DNA of 60,334 nt from Chloroflexota bacterium (GCA_026707335.1 JAPOXB010000100.1:1-60334), one strand, 5' to 3'; shown: positions 11,424 to 22,261, numbered from the stretch's first letter. The notes: generated from the sequence alone by a model not told the origin. A program made the numbers and translations.

Positions 11424-12125
11424 CTAGGCATGGGCCTGCGCCCCCTCACGCTGCGGCGTCTCGACCCAGCCCAGGTCGAAGTCCGCCAGCGACTCGATGA
11501 TACGGTCCGCCCCGTCGAGCGGGCGGCCGCTGCCGCCGTTGATGCGCACGCCGATGGCGCGCATGCCCGCCGCCCGCGCCGAGGCGACGCCCGCCGGCGA
11601 GTCCTCGAGCACCAGGCAGCGCTCGGGAGGGACGTCCAGGCGGGCGGCCGCGGTCAGGTAGATCTCCGGGTCCGGCTTGCCCCGCGAGACTTCGTCGCCC
11701 GAGACGGTGACGGTCAGGAAGCGGGCCAGGTCGAGCCGGGCCAGCGCGATGTCGACGCGCGGCCGCTTGGTCGAGGTGGCCAGGCCCAGGGGCACGCCGG
11801 CGGCGCGCAGGCGGCCGAGGAGGTCGTGGGCGCCCGGCATCGCGACGGCGTGCCGCTCGTACTGCTCCTGCACGCGCGGCCCGAAGGCGCGCTCGTACTC
11901 GCCGCGGTCCACCGGCAGCGCGAAGCGGCGCTGGATGTCGGGCCAGATCGTGTCGAACGTCTCGCCGATCCAGTCCGTGTAGGTCTCCCAGGTCAGCTCG
12001 GCCCCGAAGCCGGCCAGCACGTCGCGGGCGGCGGCGAAGTGCAGCGGCTCGCCGTCGACGAGCACGCCGTCCATGTCGAAGATGACGGCGCGGGCGGGCG
12101 GCTGGTGGGGGGTGAGCGGCGGCAT
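11424..12125 (-). CDS. HAD-IA family hydrolase (beta-phosphoglucomutase/phosphatase-like)
   Basis: 233 aa. Motif I is VIFDMDGVLVD, motif II LATST, motif III GKPDPEIY, motif IV LEDSPAGVASARAAGM. The ATG lies 7 nt after the atpG stop. Confidence 0.85.
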   Translation of the reverse strand: MPPLTPHQPPARAVIFDMDGVLVDGEPLHFAAARDVLAGFGAELTWETYTDWIGETFDTIWPDIQRRFALPVDRGEYERAFGPRVQEQYERHAVAMPGAHDLLGRLRAAGVPLGLATSTKRPRVDIALARLDLARFLTVTVSGDEVSRGKPDPEIYLTAAARLDVPPERCLVLEDSPAGVASARAAGMRAIGVRINGGSGRPLDGADRIIESLADFDLGWVETPQREGAQAHA

Positions 12126-12132
12126 GGCGGGG

Positions 12133-13014
12133 TCAGGCCATCGCCTCGACGCCGCCGACGATGTCGAGCAGCTCGGACGTGATCTGTTCCTGGCGCGCCT
12201 TGTTGTATTGCAGTGTCAGGTCGCCCACCATCTCGTTGGCGGCGTCGGTCGCGTTGCGCATCGCGACCATGCGGGCCGACTGCTCGCTCGCGGCCGACTC
12301 GAGGACGGCCTGGTAGACCTGCATCTCCACGTAGCGCGGCAGCAGGTCGTCGAGCACCGCCTCCGGGCTGGGCTCGAAGATGTACTCCACCTCCGCCGCG
12401 GCGTCGCCATCGTCCGAGGCGGGCGCCTCGACGGGCAGCAGCGGCACCGTCGTGGGGCGCTGCTGCACGGTGCTCACGAAGGCCGCGTAGACGAGCGACA
12501 CCTGGTCCACCTCGCCGCGCATGTAGTCCTGGATGGCGATCTGCGAGATCGGCCGCGTGTCGTCGAGGCTGGGGTAGTCGCCCAGACGCTGGAACTCGCC
12601 CCGGAAGGGCACGTCGAAGCGCGCGAAGTAGTCGAGCCCCTTGCGGCCGACCGGGATCATGGAGACGTCGCCGCCCTGATCGGGGCTCAGCACCAGCGAC
12701 CCGGCGTGCCGCTGCAGGTTGGAGATCAGGCCGCCGGCGAGGCCGCGGTCGGGCGTGATCAGAATGATCGCGGTCTTCCCCACCTCGCGGCGCTCCAGCA
12801 GCGGGTGCAGCGGGCCCGGATCCTGACCGTCGCCGCCGGCCCCGGCCAGGTTGGCCAGCAGGCCGCGCATGCTCTCGGCGTAGGGCCGCGCCGCCTCGGC
12901 GCGCATCTGGGCGCGGCGCATCTTCGACGCGGCGACGAGTTGCACCGCGTTGGTGATCTTCGCCGTGTTCTCCACGGAGCGAATGCGGCGGCGAATCTCG
13001 CGCGTGCTCGGCAT
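12133..13014 (-). CDS. atpG: F1 ATP synthase gamma subunit
   Basis: 293 aa. N-terminal IRRRIRSVENTAKITNAVQLVAASKMRRAQ and C-terminal NKARQEQITSELLDIVGG. Confidence 0.95.
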   Translation of the reverse strand: MPSTREIRRRIRSVENTAKITNAVQLVAASKMRRAQMRAEAARPYAESMRGLLANLAGAGGDGQDPGPLHPLLERREVGKTAIILITPDRGLAGGLISNLQRHAGSLVLSPDQGGDVSMIPVGRKGLDYFARFDVPFRGEFQRLGDYPSLDDTRPISQIAIQDYMRGEVDQVSLVYAAFVSTVQQRPTTVPLLPVEAPASDDGDAAAEVEYIFEPSPEAVLDDLLPRYVEMQVYQAVLESAASEQSARMVAMRNATDAANEMVGDLTLQYNKARQEQITSELLDIVGGVEAMA

Positions 13015-13049
13015 CTCAGCCCTTCCTCAGCGCTCTCCCGGGGCCGCTC

Positions 13050-14579
<1,530 letters not shown>

Positions 14580-14652
14580 GCTGTGCTCCTTGCTCTCCGT
14601 CGGCCGGCTGTTCGCCGGCGCGCTGTCCGTCGGCCGGCCGGCCGCCGGCCGC

Positions 14653-15198
14653 TTAGCCGATACTGCCGGCGATGCTGCGGCGCAGCCCCCGCAGGCGGGT
14701 GCGCACGCTACCGTCGATGATGTGGTCGCCGATCTGGACGATCGCGCCGCCCAGGATCTCCCGATCGACCTGCTCGTCCAGTTCCACGTCCTGCGCGCCA
14801 GTGCCGGCGCGCACGGCCTGCTCGACCGACGCCCGGCCGGCGTCGCTGAGCGGGCGCGCGGTGGTCACGCGGGCGCTGGCGAGGCCGCGCTCGGCGTTGA
14901 CCAGGCCGCCGAAGACCCGCGCGATGTCGCCGGCCAGGGCCGTGCGGCGCTTGCGCACGAGCAGCTTGGCCAGGTTGCGGGCCTTCGGATCGACGCCGGC
15001 TAGCGCCTGGTCGAGGGTGGCGAACTTGGCCGCCTCCTCCACCTTGGTCGTCGCCAGGTAGGCGCCCACGGTCGGGTCGGCCGCCAGCGCGGCGAGACCG
15101 TCGAGCGCCGTCTGCCAGGCGTCGACGCTGTCGTCCGCGCTCGCGATGGCGAACGCGGCCTGGGCGTAGCGCTTGGCGGCGACCTCGGATCCCGGCAT
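14653..15198 (-). CDS. atpH: F1 ATP synthase delta subunit (OSCP)
   Basis: 181 aa. AKRYAQAAF at the N-terminus and [20 protein letters not shown] at the C-terminus. Located between atpF and atpA. Confidence 0.85.
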   Translation of the reverse strand: MPGSEVAAKRYAQAAFAIASADDSVDAWQTALDGLAALAADPTVGAYLATTKVEEAAKFATLDQALAGVDPKARNLAKLLVRKRRTALAGDIARVFGGLVNAERGLASARVTTARPLSDAGRASVEQAVRAGTGAQDVELDEQVDREILGGAIVQIGDHIIDGSVRTRLRGLRRSIAGSIG

Positions 15199-15219
15199 CG
15201 CGTGTTCCCTGCCCTACAA

Positions 15220-15735
15220 CTAATTCTGCCGTCCGCCGATCGACGAGTCGGCCAGGACTTCGTCGATCAGGCGTTGGTGCGCATCGGCGTCGAGGGCCTG
15301 CCCGATCACGCGCTCGGCCGCGCGGATCGTGAGGTCGGCGAACTCCGATCGCAACTGCGCGATCGCGATGTCGCGCTCGCGCTGGATCTCCTGCCGGGCG
15401 CGATCGAGCATCGCTTCGCTCTCCGCCGTGGCGGAGTCGCGGGCGTCGCTCTGGATGCGGGCAGCGATCTGCTGGGCCTGCGCGACCAGTTCCTGGCCCT
15501 GCTCGCGGCCGGCTTGCACCTCGGCCTCGGCCTGGACCTTGGCCGCTTCCGCCTCTTCCTGGGCGGCCTCGGAGGCGTGCAGGCCCTCCTCGATGCGGCG
15601 GCGGCGCTCGGCGAGCACGCGCCCCAATGGCTTGTGCAGGAAGATCCACAGCAACGCCAGCAGCAGGCCGAAGTTGACGAACTGGGTGATCAGGCTGGGG
15701 AGGTTGATGCCGAGACCGTCCACGGCGCGCCTCAC
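15220..15735 (-). CDS. atpF: Fo ATP synthase subunit b
   Basis: Single N-terminal TM helix (LITQFVNFGLLLALLWIFL) followed by a long charged coiled coil. Alternative GTG start at 15723, 6 nt after GGTGAGG. Confidence 0.85.
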   Translation of the reverse strand: MRRAVDGLGINLPSLITQFVNFGLLLALLWIFLHKPLGRVLAERRRRIEEGLHASEAAQEEAEAAKVQAEAEVQAGREQGQELVAQAQQIAARIQSDARDSATAESEAMLDRARQEIQRERDIAIAQLRSEFADLTIRAAERVIGQALDADAHQRLIDEVLADSSIGGRQN

Positions 15736-15834
15736 CTTTCTACGGCCGTCGCCTCAGCGGCGCGGACCACGCGCGTGGCCCCGCCGCGGGACGAACCGCG
15801 GGCGGCCGGACGGCCGCCCCGCTGCGTCCGTCCG

Positions 15835-16167
<333 letters not shown>

Positions 16168-17781
16168 CTAGTGCCCGGCAGTCTCCCCGGTTTCTTCCTC
16201 ATCATGGCCGTGCTCCCCGTGGGACACCGCCGTGACCGCAAAGACGAGCGTGAGCATCGCAAACACGAAGGCCTGGATGAAGCCCACGAACACTTCCAGG
16301 CCGTAGAACACCGTCGCCGCCAGGAACGGCACCAGGAACGCGGCCATGAACAGCACGACTTCCCCGGCGAAGATGTTGCCGAAGAGTCGGAAGGTGAACG
16401 AGATGATGCGGGCCAGCTCGGAGATGATCTCGAGCAGCCCGACGACGAAGCCGATTGGCCCCTTGACGACGGCCGCGCCGCCGACGCCGATGAACTTGCC
16501 GAAGTTCGTGCGCAGGCCCAGGCTCTGGATGCCCCACAACTGCACGAAGATGAAGGCCCAGAGCGCGATGGCGAGGGGCAGGTTGAGGTCGGTGGCGATG
16601 GCGCGGAAGAGCGGGAAGATCTCGGCGACGCCCTTGCTGCGCTCGAACTCCCCGGCCGCGCCGATGTCGATCACGCCCGCTTTGTCCTGCTTCAGGATGA
16701 TGCCCACGTGGGCCGTGTTGAGGCTCACGGGCAGGGCCGCCTCGCCGGCGCTGGGCGCGCGGTTCTCGGCGCTCTCGGGCTCCCGGTCGGTGTAGATGCG
16801 GAAGCTGCCGTCGCTGCCGGCGATGACCGGTTCGAGGAAGGGGTCGTAGGTGAAGTCGTCGGCCTTGACCGGCACGATGTTGACGCCGCCGCTGTCCATC
16901 ACCCAGCCCGATAACTCGGGCTCGCCGACGTCGGCCACGGCGATGGGGAGGTTGAAGAGGACGGCGTGCTTGGCCGCCTCCTTCAGTTCCTCCGCCGCGT
17001 AGCGGTGCTGCACGTCCTCGGAGAAGCCGACCTCCGCCAGCACATGTTCGATGCGCGCCTCAATGCCGTGCACGAGGTCGGCCCCGCTCGCCCCCTCGGG
17101 GAGGGGATCGTCCCGGAAGGCGGCGCGCACGGCGACCTCGGACTCGCTCAGGTCGTCGCGCAGGATGGCGCCGATGCGCTCGTCGGCCTCGTCGAGATAG
17201 GCCGGCTTGAAGGGAATGGGGTCGAAGTAGTAGCTGCTGAAGTGCGTGTTGAGCAGGCCGACCAACTCGGCCGGCTGGGCGTTCTCGTCGTGCTCGAGCT
17301 CCTCCAGGTGGTGGTGGACGTCGATCTCGAGCAGGTGGCTGTACTCGTAGCGCAGGTCGACGGTGCGCCCCAGGGCGTTGTTCCAGGGGAAGAGGCCGAA
17401 CCAGTTGGCGAAGAGCAGGATGAGGAAGATCGAGGCGACGACGGGGAAGAAGCGGCGGCCGTTCTTCTCGCCAGCCACCAGCTTGACGATGTTGAAGAAG
17501 AAGTCGAGCAGGCCCTCGAGGACGTTCTGGAAGCCGCTCGGGACCATCGCCTTCTCGATGTCGCGCAGCTTTGTGAAGTAGAGCCAGAAGACGATGACCG
17601 CCATGAGGACGATGACCACCCAGGCGGAGAGCATCGTGTTGGTGACGGTGTAGCCGCCGTCGATGATGGGCTCGGCCGCGATCGAGATGATCGGCGTCGG
17701 CGGCTTGATCAGGACGAAGCCCAGGACGATCAGCCCCAGGCACAGCAGCCCGATGAGTTTGCCGCGGTGCCGTCGTGGCAC
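16168..17781 (-). CDS. atpB: Fo ATP synthase subunit a carrying a ~255-aa insertion
   Basis: GTG 17781 (GGGGGA SD upstream). The C-terminal part has canonical a-subunit helices including ISFTFRLFGNIFAGE (essential Arg). An N-terminal TM pair is present. About 255 residues lie between FANWFGLFPWNN and ATDLNLPLAIALW, where normal a-subunits have a short loop. Confidence 0.85.
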   Translation of the reverse strand: MPRRHRGKLIGLLCLGLIVLGFVLIKPPTPIISIAAEPIIDGGYTVTNTMLSAWVVIVLMAVIVFWLYFTKLRDIEKAMVPSGFQNVLEGLLDFFFNIVKLVAGEKNGRRFFPVVASIFLILLFANWFGLFPWNNALGRTVDLRYEYSHLLEIDVHHHLEELEHDENAQPAELVGLLNTHFSSYYFDPIPFKPAYLDEADERIGAILRDDLSESEVAVRAAFRDDPLPEGASGADLVHGIEARIEHVLAEVGFSEDVQHRYAAEELKEAAKHAVLFNLPIAVADVGEPELSGWVMDSGGVNIVPVKADDFTYDPFLEPVIAGSDGSFRIYTDREPESAENRAPSAGEAALPVSLNTAHVGIILKQDKAGVIDIGAAGEFERSKGVAEIFPLFRAIATDLNLPLAIALWAFIFVQLWGIQSLGLRTNFGKFIGVGGAAVVKGPIGFVVGLLEIISELARIISFTFRLFGNIFAGEVVLFMAAFLVPFLAATVFYGLEVFVGFIQAFVFAMLTLVFAVTAVSHGEHGHDEEETGETAGH

Positions 17782-17803
17782 TCCGTCGTCCCCCGCTGGG
17801 CGG

Positions 17804-18025
17804 CTAGCGCCGCCGCTGCCTCGCTGGCCGGACCACGTCGATCAGCATGCGGTAACCGCCGTAGCCCGCGGTAACCAGCCCCAGCGCGACGCCGAGGAGC
17901 GTACAGACAGGCTTGATACCGACCGCATCATCGATCCAGAGCCCGGCCAGGGTGCCCAGAACGATGCAGGTTGCGACATACCATCCGATGCCGATCAGGC
18001 CCAGTGCTGGTGGGAGCTTTCCCAT
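17804..18025 (-). CDS. atpZ: AtpZ/AtpI-like small membrane protein (ATPase_gene1 family)
   Basis: 73 aa from ATG 18025; the track uses TTG 18046. Two TM helices (LGLIGIGWYVATCIVLGTLAGLWID and LLGVALGLVTAGYGGY). First gene of the atp operon. Confidence 0.7.
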   Translation of the reverse strand: MGKLPPALGLIGIGWYVATCIVLGTLAGLWIDDAVGIKPVCTLLGVALGLVTAGYGGYRMLIDVVRPARQRRR

Positions 18026-18049
18026 CCGAAACCGGCCCCCGTGCAAACC

Positions 18050-18067
18050 TGGTGAACCGTATCACAA
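18050..18067. promoter_or_regulatory. Candidate Rex operator upstream of the atp operon
   Basis: TGGTGAA-CCGT-ATCACAA matches the Rex box consensus TTGTGAA-N4-TTCACAA in 12 of 14 specified positions. It lies 25 nt upstream of the atpZ ATG. It overlaps a possible minus-strand TTGCCC-N16-GATACG promoter. Confidence 0.45.
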
Positions 18068-18135
18068 GCCATCTGGTGCGGGCAACGAACGGCGCGACCC
18101 CGGCCGGTGACCCGCGCCGCCGGGCGCGCGCGGCG

Positions 18136-18678
18136 CTAGCGCTGGTCGAAATCGTCCAGATCGAGGCTCTCGATGAAGTCGGTGAAGGCCGACATCTTCT
18201 CCAGCTCCTCCGGCTTGACGGCGGGGCCGCGCGGGCGGCCGCCCTCGCCGTCCTCGCCTTCGGTCGAGTCGTCCAGCGTGACGCCGGCCTCCTCCAACAC
18301 CGAGTGCGCGACGTAGATCGGCGCCTCGCTGCGCACCGCCAGGGCGAGCGCGTCGCTGGGCCGGGCGTCGATCTCCAGTTCGCGCTCATCGACGCGCACG
18401 AAGAGTTGGGCGAAGAAGGTGGCGTTGGAGATGCTGCTCACGACCACCCGGTCGACGACGCCGCCCAGCTCCTCCAGCACGTTGGCCAGCAGGTCGTGCG
18501 TCATGGGCCGGGCCACGTGGACCCGCTGCAGGCGCATGGCGATGGCGTCGGCCTCGGGCGCGCCGATGTAGATCGGCAGGTAGCGGTTGCTGTCGGGCTC
18601 GCGCAGCACGACGACGCGGTTGTAGTTCATGAGGGAGACGCGGATGCTCTCGATCGTGACTTCCGTGACTTCGGTCAT
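18136..18678 (-). CDS. Bifunctional nuclease family protein (DNase-RNase / BFN domain, DUF151)
   Basis: 180 aa from ATG 18678 (GGAGGG SD upstream). Motifs VVVLREPDSNRYLPIYIGAPEADAIA, RPMTHDLL and ARPSDALALAVR. The 748-aa track ORF is an over-extension. Confidence 0.85.
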   Translation of the reverse strand: MTEVTEVTIESIRVSLMNYNRVVVLREPDSNRYLPIYIGAPEADAIAMRLQRVHVARPMTHDLLANVLEELGGVVDRVVVSSISNATFFAQLFVRVDERELEIDARPSDALALAVRSEAPIYVAHSVLEEAGVTLDDSTEGEDGEGGRPRGPAVKPEELEKMSAFTDFIESLDLDDFDQR

Positions 18679-18788
18679 CGTGACCCTCCGATCGCTGACG
18701 GCGACACCGCGCGCCGCGCGCGGCGCCGCGCCGCCCATCCTACAACCGCGCGGCCGTCGGACTCCAGCGCGCCCGCGCCGCGACCCTG

Positions 18789-20375
18789 TCAGTGCCGTTG
18801 CGCCTCCGGCTGCGCGTCCGGCGGCGGCGGCCGGCCGTCGCCCTCCCGGCGCACCTGCCGCCGGATGTGGACGCTGCCCAGCGCCGACAGCAGCGTGAGC
18901 ACGGCGACCGCGAACAGCGCCGCCTCGACGCTGGTCGCGTCGGCGATGCCGCCGACGACGAGCAGCGCCGCCATCGACACGCCGTTGGCGAACATCAGCT
19001 GCGAGGCGAAGACGCGGCCGCGGATGGCGGCGGGCGTGCGCTCGTGCAGCACCGTCTGGGCGGGCGCGTTGACCATCGCGTAGGTCACGCCCATCGGGAA
19101 GGCGAGCACCAGCGTCACGCCGATGAACAGCACGTCGCCCTCGACGTGTTCGAGGCCGACCGGCGTGCCCTGGAGCGCGTCGACGAGGAAGCGGATGGCG
19201 GCGAACGCGCCGATGGAGACGGTCAGGCCGAACAGCGCCGCCGTGACGATGCCGGTGGGCGTGAAGCGCCGGCCGAGCCACGGCAGCGCGCGCAGCGCCA
19301 GCAGCGCCCCCACGCCGACGGGCCAGAAGACGAACACCGAGTCCTCGGCCGGCCGGTCGAGCACGTCGGTCACGAAGCGCGGCACCAGCAGGGCGAACAT
19401 GAACAGCAGCATGCCGCCCATGGAGAGCTGCAACATGGCGAGCTGCGTGAGGCGGTCGCGGCGCACGACCAGCCAGGTGTCGTGCAGGTCGCGGGGGACG
19501 GCGCGCGCCCGCGCCTGCCAGGACTCGCCCCGCGGCGACGCCTCCGGGGGCAGCGCCGGCATGCGGGCCAGCAGCGGGACCGTGGCCAGCAGCAGCACCG
19601 CGCCCACGATGTACGACCAGTCGAAGCCCAGGGCCTTCAGCATCACCGGCGCCACGAGGACCATCCCCGTCAGCTGGCCGACCGCCGTCGTGAGCTGGAA
19701 GACCGAGTTGGCGGTGAGGAACTGGGCGCGCGGCACGAAGGCCGGCACGGCCGCGCTGGCCGCGGGCAGGTTGAACTGCCCCATCGTGGCGGTGATGAAG
19801 GCGACCGCGTAGATCGAGGCCACCGAGACGTCGGCCAGCAGCAGCATGGCCGTCGCGCCGGCGCGCACGACGTTGGTCACGATCAGCACCGTGCGTTTGT
19901 CGATCCGGTCGACGATGACGCCCGAGATGGGGCCGAAGAGCACCGGCGGCGCGGCCAGGAAGATGATCAGCCCCGACCCGGCGATGCTGCTGCCGGTGCG
20001 CTCGACGATGAGGATCAGCCAGACGAACTGCAGGGCCGTGTTGATGATCAGCGAGAGGCCCTGCGCCGACCACAGCAGCAGGAAGTCGCGGTTGCGGAAG
20101 ATCGAGGCCGTCGGCTCGGTCGGCCGGGCCGGCCGCGGCGCCTCCGACTCGACCTCCGGCAGGTCGGCCGTCTGCGGGGCGGCGGCCATCGGCGGCGGCG
20201 CGATGCTGCGGATGGCGCGGCCGGCCTGACCCGTGCCCTGCGGGGCGATCGCGCCCAATGCCCGCTCCAGCCGCGGCGCGCGCCATCGGGAGCGTCGTGG
20301 GGGGTCGCCCGGCCTGTCGGGACCGGGGCCGTCGCCGCCGGGCGCAGGGTCGGCGGGGCCGGCGGGGTCGCTCAT
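18789..20375 (-). CDS. MFS transporter (EntS-like, MFS_3 type) with a long Pro/Ala/Arg-rich N-terminal extension
   Basis: About 12 predicted TM helices. Contains VDRIDKR-type loop GVIVDRIDKRTVL. ATG 20375 overlaps the DUF951 stop (ATGA). Confidence 0.85.
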   Translation of the reverse strand: MSDPAGPADPAPGGDGPGPDRPGDPPRRSRWRAPRLERALGAIAPQGTGQAGRAIRSIAPPPMAAAPQTADLPEVESEAPRPARPTEPTASIFRNRDFLLLWSAQGLSLIINTALQFVWLILIVERTGSSIAGSGLIIFLAAPPVLFGPISGVIVDRIDKRTVLIVTNVVRAGATAMLLLADVSVASIYAVAFITATMGQFNLPAASAAVPAFVPRAQFLTANSVFQLTTAVGQLTGMVLVAPVMLKALGFDWSYIVGAVLLLATVPLLARMPALPPEASPRGESWQARARAVPRDLHDTWLVVRRDRLTQLAMLQLSMGGMLLFMFALLVPRFVTDVLDRPAEDSVFVFWPVGVGALLALRALPWLGRRFTPTGIVTAALFGLTVSIGAFAAIRFLVDALQGTPVGLEHVEGDVLFIGVTLVLAFPMGVTYAMVNAPAQTVLHERTPAAIRGRVFASQLMFANGVSMAALLVVGGIADATSVEAALFAVAVLTLLSALGSVHIRRQVRREGDGRPPPPDAQPEAQRH

Positions 20376-20572
20376 GCCTCACCGCCGCGCGCGAGCACGC
20401 GCTTCAGCCGCCGCTCGAGCAGACGGCGCTCCAGCGTCACCCGACGGGCGCAGCCCGCGCAGACGATGCCGATGTCGGCGCCGATGCGCACCACCGACCA
20501 GCGGCGGCTGCCGCAGGGATGCGCCTTGCGCAGTTCCAGCAGATCGCCGGGCTGGAAGTCCACCACCGTCAT
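20372..20572 (-). CDS. DUF951 family small protein (YyzM-like)
   Basis: 66 aa from ATG 20572. FQPGDLLELRKAHPCGSRRWSVVRIGADIGIVCAGCARRV matches the DUF951 pattern as I remember it (HPCG...W...R.GADI...C..C). Confidence 0.75.
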   Translation of the reverse strand: MTVVDFQPGDLLELRKAHPCGSRRWSVVRIGADIGIVCAGCARRVTLERRLLERRLKRVLARGGEA

Positions 20573-20612
20573 CGCAACAGGCGCCTCCGGCGGCCCGGCG
20601 GGGCCGCGATGC

Positions 20613-21428
20613 TCAGCCGGACGCCGGCCGGGCGGCGATCGCCGCGTTGATGGCGTCGCGCAGGCGTTCGGCCTCCGCCCGCGCCGCGTTCGCGAAGCCG
20701 GGGCCATCGGCGGCGTAGATCACCGATCGCGAGGCGCTCACCAGCAGGCCGCCGCCGGCCCCCGCCCGCACCGACGCCTCCAGGTCGCCGCCCTGCGCCC
20801 CGATGCCGGGCAGCAGGATGGGCAGGCCGGGGGCGCGGGCGCGCACGGCGGCCAGCTCGCGCGGGTACGTCGCGCCCACGACGAGGCCGGCGTTGCCGTG
20901 CTCGGCGCCCCACTCCCGCACCAGCGATGCGACGCGCAGGTAGAGCGGCTCGCCGCCGGTGTCGAGGTTCTGCAGATCGGCCCCACCCACGTTCGACGTG
21001 CGGCAGAGGATGAACGCGCCCTTGTCGGGCCGGGCCAGGAACGGGGCCACGGCGTCCCGGCCCAGGTACGGGTTCACCGTCACGGCGTCGGCGCCCAGGA
21101 CGTCGAAGCAGGCCGCCGCGTAGGCCTCGGCCGTGTGCGCGATGTCGCCCCGCTTGGCGTCCAACACGACGGGGATGTGCCCCGGCACGGCCGCGATCGT
21201 CGCCGCCAAGGCGTCCCAGCCGGCCCGGCCGTGCGCCTCGAAGAAGGCCGCTTGCGGCTTGTAGGCGCAGACCAGGTCGCTTGTCGCCTCGACGATGGCG
21301 CGCGTGAAGGGCACGATCTCCTCGACGGGCGTGCGCGCCGGCTGCGGATCGAGGCCGACGCACAGCCAGGAACGGTTGCGCTCCGCGGCGGCGGCGAGCT
21401 TTTGCGAGAAGGTCGTTGGGGGGGTCAT
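20613..21428 (-). CDS. pyrF: Orotidine 5'-phosphate decarboxylase (type 2)
   Basis: 271 aa. Motifs LCVGLDP, YKPQAAFFE, VVLDAKRGDI, GLPILLPGIGAQGG. Confidence 0.93.
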   Translation of the reverse strand: MTPPTTFSQKLAAAAERNRSWLCVGLDPQPARTPVEEIVPFTRAIVEATSDLVCAYKPQAAFFEAHGRAGWDALAATIAAVPGHIPVVLDAKRGDIAHTAEAYAAACFDVLGADAVTVNPYLGRDAVAPFLARPDKGAFILCRTSNVGGADLQNLDTGGEPLYLRVASLVREWGAEHGNAGLVVGATYPRELAAVRARAPGLPILLPGIGAQGGDLEASVRAGAGGGLLVSASRSVIYAADGPGFANAARAEAERLRDAINAAIAARPASG

Positions 21429-21505
21429 CCGGCTGCACGGGTCATACGGTCATACTACTCATCGCCACCCGGATGACGGGCAGGCGCAGCAGGGAGCCAT
21501 CACCG

Positions 21506-22261
21506 ATGCCACGGTTTCGACGCCTCAACGTGTTCTTCAGCCCGCCCGAGCCCTCGCACGTCCGCGGGCGGGTTCTCGCCGTGATCGACACGGCGCGCGC
21601 CGCCACGACGCTCACCACGCTCATCGCCGGCGGCGCCACCGCCGTCTACCCCGTCCCCAGCGAGGCCGAGGCGCGGGCCCTCGCGAAGACGCTGCCGGGG
21701 GCGCAGTTGTGCGGCGAGCGCGGCGGGCAGCGCATCGCCGGCTTCGACTTCGGCAACTCGCCGACCGTGTTCGCCGCCATGGACGTGCGCGGCCTGCAAC
21801 TCGTGCAGACGACGAGCAACGGCACGCGCGCCGCGGCGCTGGCCGCGCACGCCGCCGCGGCATTCGTCGTCTGCCTGCGCAACCGCGCCGCGGCGGCGCG
21901 GGCACTGCGCGACGCCGCCGCGCCCGACGAGCTCGACCTCGCCATCGTCTGCGCCGGCGAACAGCGCGCCACCACCGCCTCGGTCGAGGACGCCTTCACG
22001 GCCGGGGCGCTGACCGCGCTGCTGCTGGACGGCGACGGCCCCGGCGCGCTCTTCGCCGAGTCGGGCGCGCGGCTGGCGCTGCGCATCTTCGACGCCTACG
22101 ACCGCGACCCCGCGCAGGCGCTGGCCGACGCCCCCCACGCCAATTACCTGACAAGCCTCGGCTACGGGGAGGACATCCGCTACGCGGGCGAACTGGATTG
22201 CGAGCCCATCGTGCCGCGCGCGGGGGTGGACAAGGCGGGCCGGGTCGTCGTGCGGCGCTAG
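21506..22261 (+). CDS. comB: 2-phosphosulfolactate phosphatase family protein (ComB-like)
   Basis: 251 aa from ATG 21506 (AGGGAG SD upstream). Motifs VIDTARAATTLTTL, GFDFGNSP, TTSNGTRA, VCAGE..... SVEDAFTAGAL. Confidence 0.8.
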   Translation: MPRFRRLNVFFSPPEPSHVRGRVLAVIDTARAATTLTTLIAGGATAVYPVPSEAEARALAKTLPGAQLCGERGGQRIAGFDFGNSPTVFAAMDVRGLQLVQTTSNGTRAAALAAHAAAAFVVCLRNRAAAARALRDAAAPDELDLAIVCAGEQRATTASVEDAFTAGALTALLLDGDGPGALFAESGARLALRIFDAYDRDPAQALADAPHANYLTSLGYGEDIRYAGELDCEPIVPRAGVDKAGRVVVRR

